53,843 nucleotides of DNA from Gammaproteobacteria bacterium (GTDB lineage: Bacteria; Pseudomonadota; Gammaproteobacteria; Steroidobacterales; Steroidobacteraceae): contig DAIDKA010000237.1 in the NCBI GenBank assembly GCA_027451085.1, forward strand, positions 1-53,843, in the 5' to 3' direction. The notes under the pieces are model-generated. The model was not told the DNA's origin. It saw only the letters and a list, made by a program, of their open reading frames with translations, and made no database searches. The position numbers were made by a program, and so were the translations under genes. Below, piece by piece: positions 44,114 through 52,561 of the stretch (position 1 is the stretch's first letter; the number at the start of each line of letters is the position of its first letter).

Positions 44114-46008
44114 GCGACGTGGATCTCAGCAGGTTCGTCCGCATCCGGCGGCGCCGGCGCACACTGTTCCTCGGACTTACGCTGCTCACCAGCGTGCTGG
44201 CGAGCCTGCTGATGCTGGACATCCTGCGGGCCAACGGCCTGACGGTGATGGAGGCTGTCAGCCTGGTGCTGTTCTTCGGGCTGTTCACCTGGATCGCGGC
44301 CAGTTTCTGGACCGCCATCGCCGGCTTCGTCCTGCGGCTGCGCGGTTCGGACCCGCTGGTGGTGCAGGCGCGTGACGCGGAGGGGCTCACCGTGCGCAAC
44401 CGCGTGGCGCTGGTGATGCCGGTCTACAACGAGGATCCGGTGCGCACCAGTGCCGGGATCGACGCCATCTGGGGTTCCCTGTCCCGGTTTCAGGAGTGCG
44501 GCTGTTTCGATTTCTTCATCCTGTCCGACACACGCAAGCCTGACGTAGCCCAGGCTGAGGTTGCCGCCTGGCAGGAGCTGGTGGTGCGTCACGGGGCGGC
44601 CGGCAGGATTTTCTACCGCCGTCGCGAGCACAACAGCGGGCGCAAGGCGGGCAACATCGAGGAATTTGTCCGCAACTGGGGTGGCGCCTACGAGAGCATG
44701 GTGGTGCTCGACGCCGACAGTGTGATGTCGGGGGAGGCGCTGGTGACGCTGGCCAGGCTGATGGATGCCCATCCGGGTGCGGGCATCATCCAGACCGCGC
44801 CGCTGCCGGTGGGCCGCGAGACGCTGTTCGCGCGCATGGTGCAGTTCGGCGCCCGCCTGAACGGTCCGATGCTGTCATCGGGCCTGGCCTGGTGGCAGAT
44901 GGGTGACGCCAACTACTGGGGACACAATGCGATCATCCGCATGAAGGCATTTGCCGCGCACTGCGCGCTGCCGCAGCTGCCGGGCAGGGCGCCGCTGGGC
45001 GGGGAGATCCTCAGCCACGATTTCGTCGAGGCGGCGTTCATGCGCCGCGCGGGCTACGAGGTGTGGCTGGTGCCCGACCTTGTGGGCAGCTGGGAGGAGG
45101 TGCCGTCGAACATCATCGACTTTGCGGCGCGCGACCGCCGCTGGGCGCAGGGCAACCTGCAGCACACCAATGTACTGCGCATGAAGGGACTGTACTGGCT
45201 GAACCGGCTGCACATGACGACAGGCATCCTGTCCTACGTCACCTCGCCCATGTGGTTCGCGGTGCTGATCCTGTCCTCGGTCATCACCTGCCAGGAAGCC
45301 ATCAGCGGCTACCAGTACTTCCAGACCGGCACGCATACTCTGTTCCCGGTGTGGCCGGAGTACCGCGACGGGGAGATCGCCGCGTTGCTGCTGGCGACCA
45401 TCGTGGTGCTGCTGCTGCCGAAGCTGCTGGGGTTCACGCTCGCCTGCGTCAACGGCGAGCGGCGCCGCTCCTACGGCGGCGTGCTGTGCCTGATGGTGAG
45501 CATGCTGCTGGAGCAGCTGTTCAGCATGCTGCTGGCACCGCCCATGATGGTGTTTCATTCGACGTTCGTGATCACGACCCTGCTGGGCAAGCCGGTGGCA
45601 TGGAACGCGCAGGAGCGCGGTGACCGCGGGGTGACGTTCCGCGATGCCTTCGTGCGCCACCGGGTGCAGATGCTGCTGGGCATGGTGTGGGGCGCGGTGA
45701 TCCTGACGTTCGCGCCGCGCTTCATCTGGTGGATCATGCCGGTGCTGGCGGGCCTGCTGCTGTCGGCGCCGCTGACGGAGTTCACCAGCCGCAGCAGCAT
45801 CGGCCTGGCATTCAAGGCCCGGGGGCTGCTGCTGACGCCGGAGGAGACGTCACCGCCGGCGGAACTCAGGGCCATGCGCGAGCGGCTGGCTGCGCTTGCG
45901 CAGGGCGGAACTGCGCTGCTGCTGCCGGCACAGGACCCTGGGCCGCGTGTGCCGCGTCCTGCACCGCTCGTCATGGCGCATGTGGAGTGGGAGCCGGCCG
46001 GCGGCTGA
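44110..46008 (+). CDS. opgH: Glucans biosynthesis glucosyltransferase H
   Basis: GTG 44110 overlaps the opgG stop (GTGA). GT2 motifs are PVYNED, VVLDADS, GHNAIIR and RDRRWAQGNLQH, with multiple TM segments. At 632 aa it is shorter than E. coli OpgH. Confidence 0.9.
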   Translation: MSDVDLSRFVRIRRRRRTLFLGLTLLTSVLASLLMLDILRANGLTVMEAVSLVLFFGLFTWIAASFWTAIAGFVLRLRGSDPLVVQARDAEGLTVRNRVALVMPVYNEDPVRTSAGIDAIWGSLSRFQECGCFDFFILSDTRKPDVAQAEVAAWQELVVRHGAAGRIFYRRREHNSGRKAGNIEEFVRNWGGAYESMVVLDADSVMSGEALVTLARLMDAHPGAGIIQTAPLPVGRETLFARMVQFGARLNGPMLSSGLAWWQMGDANYWGHNAIIRMKAFAAHCALPQLPGRAPLGGEILSHDFVEAAFMRRAGYEVWLVPDLVGSWEEVPSNIIDFAARDRRWAQGNLQHTNVLRMKGLYWLNRLHMTTGILSYVTSPMWFAVLILSSVITCQEAISGYQYFQTGTHTLFPVWPEYRDGEIAALLLATIVVLLLPKLLGFTLACVNGERRRSYGGVLCLMVSMLLEQLFSMLLAPPMMVFHSTFVITTLLGKPVAWNAQERGDRGVTFRDAFVRHRVQMLLGMVWGAVILTFAPRFIWWIMPVLAGLLLSAPLTEFTSRSSIGLAFKARGLLLTPEETSPPAELRAMRERLAALAQGGTALLLPAQDPGPRVPRPAPLVMAHVEWEPAGG

Positions 46009-46015
46009 GGCGGGT

Positions 46016-46639
46016 TCAGGCGCCGTCGAGGAACTCGACCTCGCCGGTCGCAAGGTGGTACTCCGCGCCGACGATCATCAGGCCTGCCTTCTGGATCAGC
46101 TGTTCCAGCACGGCCGAGCCATGCCGCAGGTGATCGACGGATACACGGATATTGGCGCGCACGGCCTCTTCCACCAAGGCGTCGTGGTCGTCGCGCAACG
46201 ACGTGCGCAGCAGCGGCTCCACCGAGGGTCGCACCCGGCTGACGATGGAGTGCATGTTGTGGGACTGGTCACCGCCGGTGTTGCGGGTAAGTTCCTCGAT
46301 GGTTGCGGTGATGGCGCCGCAGTTGCTGTGGCCCACAACCACCACCAGGCGGGTGCCGAAGCGTTCGGCGGCGAACTCCACGCTGCCCACCTGCGAGGGC
46401 GCCACGATGTTACCGGCCACCCGGATCACGAACAGGTCGCCCAGTCCTTGGTCGAAGATGATTTCCGCAGGGACCCGCGAGTCCGAGCAGCCCAGGATGA
46501 TGGCGAAGGGAAACTGCTGTGTGGCCAGTTCCAGCCGGCGGCGGCTGCCGGTGGCATCCCCGACGCTGGTGGTTTCCTGGACGAACCGCCGGTTGCCCTC
46601 GCGCAGGCGCTGCAGGGCTTGCTGTGCGTCGGTCATCAT
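46016..46639 (-). CDS. Beta-class carbonic anhydrase
   Basis: I chose ATG 46639 (MMTDAQQALQRLREGNRRF); the track lists GTG 46657. The zinc ligands are present as GCSDSRV and GHSNCGA. Confidence 0.85.
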   Translation of the reverse strand: MMTDAQQALQRLREGNRRFVQETTSVGDATGSRRRLELATQQFPFAIILGCSDSRVPAEIIFDQGLGDLFVIRVAGNIVAPSQVGSVEFAAERFGTRLVVVVGHSNCGAITATIEELTRNTGGDQSHNMHSIVSRVRPSVEPLLRTSLRDDHDALVEEAVRANIRVSVDHLRHGSAVLEQLIQKAGLMIVGAEYHLATGEVEFLDGA

Positions 46640-46735
46640 GAAGGCAATTCTACCCACAGTCGGCCTGCTGCAGGCGTAATCGACGCGGCGCGGGCCGCCT
46701 GTCAGAATCGGGGCCCATGACTTACGAGATCCGCC

Positions 46736-47590
46736 GTGTCCACTGAGACCACTTCCGCGGGGGGGACCGCTTTATCAGCGGGGGGCGTCGATCCCCGCGC
46801 GGTGACCACCGCACGGCTGCAGCAGATGAAGGGCCGCGGCGAGAAAATCGCCGTGCTGACGGCTTATGACTACTCCTTCGCCCGCATGCTGGACGGGGCC
46901 GGGATCGACGTGCTGCTGGTGGGGGATTCGGCCTCCAACGTCATGCACGGCCACCAGACCACCCTGCCGATCACGCTTGACCAGATGATCGACCATGCCG
47001 CCGCGGTGGTGCGCGGAACCTCGCGCGCGCTGGTGGTGGTGGACCTGCCCTTCGGCACCTACCAGGGCGACAGCCAGCAGGCGCTGCAGAGCGCAGTGCG
47101 GATCATGAAGGAATCCGGCGCGCACGCGGTGAAGGTGGAAGGGGGCGCGATCATCGCCGAGAGCGTCGGGCGCATCCTGTCGGCCGGTATCCCGGTGATG
47201 GGTCACCTGGGCCTTACGCCCCAATCCATCCACAAATTCGGCAGCTACACGGCCCGGGCCACCGGCCGCGAGGAGGCGGACAGGCTGCTGGACGATGCGC
47301 GGTTGCTGCAGGATCTGGGCTGTTTCGCCCTGGTGCTGGAGAAGATCCCCGCGGAACTGGCCACGCGCGTGTCCACTCAGCTTGCGATTCCCACCATCGG
47401 CATCGGCGCTGGCAGTGGCACCGACGGCCAGGTGCTGGTGATACAGGACATGCTCGGCATCAACCAGGGGTTTTCGCCGCGCTTCCTGCGCCGCTATGCG
47501 CAGTTGCACGAGGTCATCACCGGCGCTGCGCGACAGTACGCGACGGACGTCAAGGCCGGGACCTTTCCATCCCGTGACGAGAGTTATTAG
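46736..47590 (+). CDS. panB: 3-methyl-2-oxobutanoate hydroxymethyltransferase
   Basis: The start is GTG 46736. [46 protein letters not shown] and [11 protein letters not shown] are canonical PanB strings. Confidence 0.95.
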   Translation: MSTETTSAGGTALSAGGVDPRAVTTARLQQMKGRGEKIAVLTAYDYSFARMLDGAGIDVLLVGDSASNVMHGHQTTLPITLDQMIDHAAAVVRGTSRALVVVDLPFGTYQGDSQQALQSAVRIMKESGAHAVKVEGGAIIAESVGRILSAGIPVMGHLGLTPQSIHKFGSYTARATGREEADRLLDDARLLQDLGCFALVLEKIPAELATRVSTQLAIPTIGIGAGSGTDGQVLVIQDMLGINQGFSPRFLRRYAQLHEVITGAARQYATDVKAGTFPSRDESY

Positions 47591-47593
47591 CCC

Positions 47594-47615
47594 GGCAAAA
47601 GTCACGCTTTTTGCC
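47594..47615 (+). terminator. A/T-containing hairpin just after panB (weak terminator candidate)
   Basis: GGCAAAA (47594-47600) pairs with TTTTGCC (47609-47615) across an 8-nt loop. It starts 4 nt after the panB stop. Confidence 0.3.
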
Positions 47616-47648
47616 ATGGACCATAGCCGAGAGCGAGCCGAGGTAGCG

Positions 47649-49244
47649 ATGCGCAGAAGAGAGCTGTTGCGGCGGGGTGCCGCGGTCATGGCTGCAGCCG
47701 GTCTTCCCTGGAGCGGGCTCATCGAGGAGACATTCGGCGCCACCGCCGGCATGCGGCGCATCGGCAGGCCCCAGCCGTTCGATTACGCGAAACTCAAGGG
47801 CATTGCGCGCCAGCTCGCCGGCCAGGCTTACAAGCCGCCGCGCAACCAGCTGCCGCCTGCCATCGCCGCCCTGAACTGGGACAAGTGGCAGTCCATCCGC
47901 TTCCGCAACGAGGCCTCGCTCTGGGCCAACGATCACCTGCGCTACCAGGTGCGGTTCTTCCACCTGGGATTCACCATCAGGAACCCGGTGCGCATGCATG
48001 TGGTGGAGAACGACCAGGAGCAGGAACTGGGCTACGACCGCTCCATGTTCGACTACAGCGCCTCGGGGGTCGATCCGTCGAAGATCCCGCTGGACCTGGG
48101 GTTCGCGGGCTTCCGCCTCAATTTCCACACCGACTGGGTGCGCGACGTTGCGGCCTTCCAGGGCGCGTCGTATTTCCGCGCGGTGGACGGCGACATGCAG
48201 TACGGCATGTCAGCGCGCGGACTGGCCGTCAACAGCGGCATGCCCTACCCGGAGGAGTTTCCCGACTTCATCGCGTACTACCTCGAGAAGCCGCAGAAGG
48301 ATTCCAGCCAGCTGACCGTCTATGGCCTGCTGGACTCGGTGAGTGTCACCGGCGCCTACCGCTTCATCATCGACGTTGCCGATACGCTCATCATGGATGT
48401 CGACGCCGCGCTGTACCCGCGCAAGGAAATCGAGCGCATCGGCATCGCGCCCGGCACCAGCATGTTCCTGTACGGTTCCAATGACAAACGCGTGGACGAC
48501 GACTGGCGGCCGCAGATCCATGACTCGGACGGCCTGCAGATCTGGACCGGCTCGGGCGAGTGGCTGTGGCGGCCGCTGATGAACCCCGTCTCGGTGCGGG
48601 TCAACAGCTTTGTCGATAACAGCCCGCGCGGCTTCGGTCTCATGCAGCGTGACCGCGATTTCGCCGACTACCAGGACGACGGGGTGTTCTATGACAAACG
48701 CCCGAGCGTCTGGGTCGAGCCCAAGGGCCGGTGGGGTCCGGGCCAGGTCATGCTGGTGGAAATCCCGACGGTCGATGAGACCTTCGACAACATCGTGGCG
48801 TTCTGGAATCCGGCTGAGAAGCCGCAGAAGGGCCAGGAACTGCTGTTCGGCTACAAGCTGTACTGGTGCCGCAGCATCCCGTTCTCCTCGGGACTGGCGT
48901 GGGCCCATGCCACACGCACCGGCGTGGGTGGTATCGTCGGGCAGAAGCGCACGTATTTCTCCTGGCGCTTCGTGGTGGATTTCGCCGGCGGGGACTTCGA
49001 TCTGCTGGGTGATCACGCCCAGGTGGTGCCGGTGATCTCCGCATCGCGCGGCAAGGTCGAGATCACCTCGGCGCGTCCGCTGCGCTCCATCGGCGGCTGG
49101 CGGGCCATGTTCGATCTGCGTCTGACGGACGACAGCACTGAACCCATCAACCTGCGCCTGTACCTCGCTGCCGATGGCCAGCCGCTGACCGAGACCTGGC
49201 TGTACCAGTACACCCCGCCGCCGGCCAGCGAACGCCGGATCTGA
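47649..49244 (+). CDS. opgD: Glucan biosynthesis protein D (OpgD/MdoD family) with a Tat signal
   Basis: ATG 47649 lies 6 nt after GAGG (alternative ATG at 47616). The Tat signal is MRRRELLRRGAAVMAAAGLPW. The MdoG/D core is present (WDKWQSIRFR, FFHLGF, FAGFRLNF, WLWRPLMNP, RGFGLMQRDRDFADYQD). Confidence 0.85.
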   Translation: MRRRELLRRGAAVMAAAGLPWSGLIEETFGATAGMRRIGRPQPFDYAKLKGIARQLAGQAYKPPRNQLPPAIAALNWDKWQSIRFRNEASLWANDHLRYQVRFFHLGFTIRNPVRMHVVENDQEQELGYDRSMFDYSASGVDPSKIPLDLGFAGFRLNFHTDWVRDVAAFQGASYFRAVDGDMQYGMSARGLAVNSGMPYPEEFPDFIAYYLEKPQKDSSQLTVYGLLDSVSVTGAYRFIIDVADTLIMDVDAALYPRKEIERIGIAPGTSMFLYGSNDKRVDDDWRPQIHDSDGLQIWTGSGEWLWRPLMNPVSVRVNSFVDNSPRGFGLMQRDRDFADYQDDGVFYDKRPSVWVEPKGRWGPGQVMLVEIPTVDETFDNIVAFWNPAEKPQKGQELLFGYKLYWCRSIPFSSGLAWAHATRTGVGGIVGQKRTYFSWRFVVDFAGGDFDLLGDHAQVVPVISASRGKVEITSARPLRSIGGWRAMFDLRLTDDSTEPINLRLYLAADGQPLTETWLYQYTPPPASERRI

Positions 49245-49274
49245 AGACGTGGCAGCTGTCCCGGGCGATCCCCA

Positions 49275-49302
49275 GGGCCTGTTCAGTCAGGTGAACAGGC
49301 CC
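49275..49302. terminator. Perfect 10-bp stem hairpin between convergent opgD and FKBP genes (bidirectional terminator candidate)
   Basis: GGGCCTGTTC (49275-49284) pairs perfectly with GAACAGGCCC (49293-49302) across an 8-nt loop, followed by TTGAGGGTTATTT. Confidence 0.55.
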
Positions 49303-49309
49303 TTGAGGG

Positions 49310-50062
49310 TTATTTCGCGGGGGCAGGTGCGGGCGCCGCTGCGGGCGCCGGGGTCTTAACTGACTTCAGTTCCACCGTGAAGATCAGCAAGGACTGCGGC
49401 GGAATCGGCGGCTGGCCATGCTCGCCGTAGCCCAGCGCGGGTGGGATGTAGAGCTCGATCTTGGACCCTGGCTTCATCAGCTGCAGGCCTTCCTCCCAGC
49501 CCTTGATGAGGCCGTCCACCGGGAAGGTCGCAGGTTCCCCGCGCTTGTAGGAGCTGTCGAACACATCGCCGTTGAGCAGGTGGCCTTCGTAGTCCACGGT
49601 GACCGTGTCTTTGGCCTTGGGCGAGGCGCCCGCGCCCGCGCGCAGCACTTTGTACTGCAGGCCGCTGGCGGTGGTGATGACGCCAGGCTTGCTGGCGTTT
49701 GCCGCCAGGAATTTGGCGGCGGCGGCGGCATTGACCTGACCCACGGCCTGGCGGGCGGTGGTGATGAGGTTCTGGACCTTCTGGGCGTCCGCGGGTGTGG
49801 CGGTCTTGCCCGCCAGGGCCGCCCTGACGCCGGCCATCATCTTCTGATAGTTGACCGAGTCCGCATCCACGCCGTAACCGTGCAGCTGGGTGCCCATCGA
49901 CAGTCCCAGGCTGTAGCTGTCGTCGGCCTTGGTCTGCGCCGCGTTCTGGTCCTTGGCGACCGGCACGGTCTTGTTGGGCGGGACGTTGCCCGCGGTCTGG
50001 GCCAGGGCGGGAACCGCGGCCGCGGCGAGCAGCAGGCCGACGATGCGATGCGTTGCTTTCAC
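49310..50062 (-). CDS. FKBP-type peptidyl-prolyl cis-trans isomerase (FkpA/Mip-like, periplasmic)
   Basis: I chose GTG 50062, which follows GAGG. The 563 upstream codons of the track ORF are antisense to the aminotransferase gene. It has a signal peptide (IVGLLLAAAAVPALA) and a dimerisation helix region. The FKBP core is SGLQYKVLRAGAG...VTVDYEGHLLNGDVFDSSYKRGEPATFPV..LIKGWEEGLQLM..G...ELYIPPALGYG. Confidence 0.85.
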   Translation of the reverse strand: MKATHRIVGLLLAAAAVPALAQTAGNVPPNKTVPVAKDQNAAQTKADDSYSLGLSMGTQLHGYGVDADSVNYQKMMAGVRAALAGKTATPADAQKVQNLITTARQAVGQVNAAAAAKFLAANASKPGVITTASGLQYKVLRAGAGASPKAKDTVTVDYEGHLLNGDVFDSSYKRGEPATFPVDGLIKGWEEGLQLMKPGSKIELYIPPALGYGEHGQPPIPPQSLLIFTVELKSVKTPAPAAAPAPAPAK

Positions 50063-50233
50063 GAAGACACCTCGAACGGAAGAGTGATTCAGGGACGATG
50101 GCGCATTTTGCCAATTCCGGGCGGCGTTGCTTGGATTTCGGCAGGCCGCCCCGGGTACCCAACGCTGCGCCGGGGGGCACGGAAGGGTACACTGCCCGAC
50201 CCGATTCACCTGACTTACGCCCAAGGCAAAACC

Positions 50234-51424
50234 ATGTTCGAGCGCCTCGATACCCTGCCTGCTGACCCGATCCTCGGCCTGATGGCGATCTACCGGGCCG
50301 ATCCCGATGCGAAAAAGGTCGATCTGGGGGTGGGCGTGTTCAAGGATGCCCGCGGCGAGACTCCGGTGCTTGCGGCCGTGCGCAAGGCCGAGGCCGCGGT
50401 GCTGGCGCGCCAGACCAGCAAAACCTACGTGGCCCCCGCGGGCAATGCGGCCTTCAATTCCGCCATGGAACGCCAGGTGTTCGGCGCGAATCACGCGGTG
50501 CTGGCCGCCGACCGGGTGCGCAGCATCCAGGGTCCCGGCGGCAGCGGCGCGCTGCGCCTGGGTTCGGAACTGATCCGCATCGCCTCGCCGCAGGCGACGG
50601 TCCACGTAAGCCTGCCCTCCTGGGCCAACCACGTGCCGCTGCTGTCCAACACAGGGCTCAAGCTGGCGCGCTATCCTTACTACGACGCCGGCAAGGGCGC
50701 CATCGACTTCGGCGCCATGTGCAAGGCGCTCGAGCAGCTGCCGGCCGGCGATGTCGTGGTGCTGCACGCTTCCTGTCACAACCCGACCGGTGCCGACCTG
50801 TCGCAGGCACAGTGGCAGGAACTGCTGCCCATTTTCAGGCGCCGTGGCCTGCTGCCCTACATCGACATGGCCTACCAGGGCCTGGGCACCGGCCTCGATG
50901 AGGACGCCTATGGCATCCGCCTGTTTGCCGCCGAACTGCCGGAGCTGCTGGTGGCTGCGTCGTGCTCGAAGAACTTCGGCCTCTACCGCGAACGCGTGGG
51001 CGTGCTGCACTTCGTGGTGGACAAGCCGGCCGTGGCGCTGGCTGCGCTCAGCCAGGAGGTGCGTATCGCGCGCAGCCTGTACTCCATGCCGCCGGACCAT
51101 GGCGCCGCCATCGTTGCCGAGATCCTCGGCAACGATGCGCTGCGCGCCAGCTGGGTGCAGGAACTGGCCACGATGCGTGATCGCATCAACGGCCTGCGGC
51201 GCCAGGTGGTGGCGAAGCTCGGCGAAATCGCTCCCGGGCACGATTTCAGCTTCATTGCGAAGCAGCAGGGCATGTTCTCGCTGCTGGGCCTCACGGTTGC
51301 ACAGGTCACGCAGCTGCGCACCGAGCATCACGTGTACATGACCGATGACAGCCGCATCAACATTGCCGGTCTGGGTGAGCACAACCTCGACTATTTCGCC
51401 CAGTCCGTGGCACAAGTGTTGTAA
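50234..51424 (+). CDS. Aromatic-amino-acid/aspartate aminotransferase (class I, AspC/TyrB type)
   Basis: ATG 50234 (MFERLDTLPADPILGL...). DLGVGVFKD, GGSGALRLG and the PLP-lysine motif SCSKNFGLYRERVG are present. The product is 396 aa. Confidence 0.9.
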   Translation: MFERLDTLPADPILGLMAIYRADPDAKKVDLGVGVFKDARGETPVLAAVRKAEAAVLARQTSKTYVAPAGNAAFNSAMERQVFGANHAVLAADRVRSIQGPGGSGALRLGSELIRIASPQATVHVSLPSWANHVPLLSNTGLKLARYPYYDAGKGAIDFGAMCKALEQLPAGDVVVLHASCHNPTGADLSQAQWQELLPIFRRRGLLPYIDMAYQGLGTGLDEDAYGIRLFAAELPELLVAASCSKNFGLYRERVGVLHFVVDKPAVALAALSQEVRIARSLYSMPPDHGAAIVAEILGNDALRASWVQELATMRDRINGLRRQVVAKLGEIAPGHDFSFIAKQQGMFSLLGLTVAQVTQLRTEHHVYMTDDSRINIAGLGEHNLDYFAQSVAQVL

Positions 51425-51427
51425 ACC

Positions 51428-52561
51428 GTGTCGCCCGCCACCGCGGCGCTGCTGCAACGGCTGGAGGCGCTGGCGCCCCGGGTGGCTGAGTGCGCGGCTC
51501 AGGCGGAGCGTGAAGCCCGGCTGCCTGACGATCTGGCCCGGCCGTTGCTGGACGGGGGGTTCTTCCGCATGTGGGTTCCGGCCTCGTGCGGGGGACTGGA
51601 ACTGCCCCTGGGTGACGCACTGGCCGTGTACGAACGCGCGGCCCTGCTCGACGGTTCCCTCGGCTGGGCGGTGATGATCGGCAACGGCGGCGGGCTGTTC
51701 GGTGCCTGGCTGCCACCCCAGGGTGCGCAGCAGCTGTTCGGGCCGGCGCACGCGCTGGTGGCAGGCTCAGGTGCGCCCACGGGTGTCGCCGAGAAGGTAT
51801 CGGGCGGGTACCGCGCCCAGGGGCAGTGGCGCTATGCCAGCGGTGCGCATCACGCCTCGATTTTCACCGCCAACTGCCGCATCACCGACGGTGGCAGACC
51901 GCTCAATGGTGCTGATGGCGCGCCGCTGGTGCGGGCCATGTCCTTCGGGCCGGCCGACGTCACCGTGCTGCCCGATTGGGACACCAGCGGCCTGCGCGGC
52001 ACGGGCAGCCACTCTTTCCGGGTCGAGGCCGCCTTCGTGCCGGAGCATCACACCTTCTCGGTGATCGCCGATCCGCCGCGTGAGACCGGGCCGCTGTATC
52101 GCCTGCCCTTCATCGTGCTGACGCAGCTGCCGGTGGCCGCCGTGGGGCTGGGCATCGCGCGGCATGCGCTTGCGCTGTTCGCGGCGCTGGCGCGAGCCAA
52201 GCCGGGCGCCGACGGCAGGTTGCTGGCGCAGGACGCCCTGGTGCAGTCACGTTATGCGGCCGGTGTCGCCGAGCTCGCGCTGGCGAAGGCGGGCATCGAT
52301 GCGGCCGCGGCGCGGGCCTGGACTACAGTTGCCGCCGGCGGGACGCCGCAAGAGGCGCAGCTTGCGGACATCGCCGTGGTGTCAACGTTGTGCCTGGCGC
52401 GGTTGCGCGTGGCGCTGGACCAGCTGGCGCAGGTGGCCGGCATGGATGCGATCGGCCGCGGCGAGTTCGCGCGGGCCTGCCGCGATTTTGTTGCGCTGTG
52501 CGCGCATGGCAGCGTATCGCCGCGCAATCTCGCCGCGGCGGGCGCCGCGTTACTGTCGTAA
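51428..52561 (+). CDS. Acyl-CoA dehydrogenase-fold flavoprotein (ACAD type-2/monooxygenase-like)
   Basis: GTG 51428 lies 4 nt after the upstream stop. The 377-aa protein has an ACAD-like N-terminus (LPDDLARPLLDGGFFRMWVPASCGGLELPL), a middle beta domain (GYRAQGQWRYASGAHHA) and a C-terminal helical domain. Substrate class is not assignable. Confidence 0.65.
   Translation: MSPATAALLQRLEALAPRVAECAAQAEREARLPDDLARPLLDGGFFRMWVPASCGGLELPLGDALAVYERAALLDGSLGWAVMIGNGGGLFGAWLPPQGAQQLFGPAHALVAGSGAPTGVAEKVSGGYRAQGQWRYASGAHHASIFTANCRITDGGRPLNGADGAPLVRAMSFGPADVTVLPDWDTSGLRGTGSHSFRVEAAFVPEHHTFSVIADPPRETGPLYRLPFIVLTQLPVAAVGLGIARHALALFAALARAKPGADGRLLAQDALVQSRYAAGVAELALAKAGIDAAAARAWTTVAAGGTPQEAQLADIAVVSTLCLARLRVALDQLAQVAGMDAIGRGEFARACRDFVALCAHGSVSPRNLAAAGAALLS

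Noticed and set aside
50063-51751. N-terminal 563 codons of the 813-aa minus-strand ORF
   Set aside because: This part is antisense to the aminotransferase and ACAD-like genes. Only the last 250 codons (from GTG 50062, preceded by GAGG and followed by a signal peptide) form a coherent FKBP protein.
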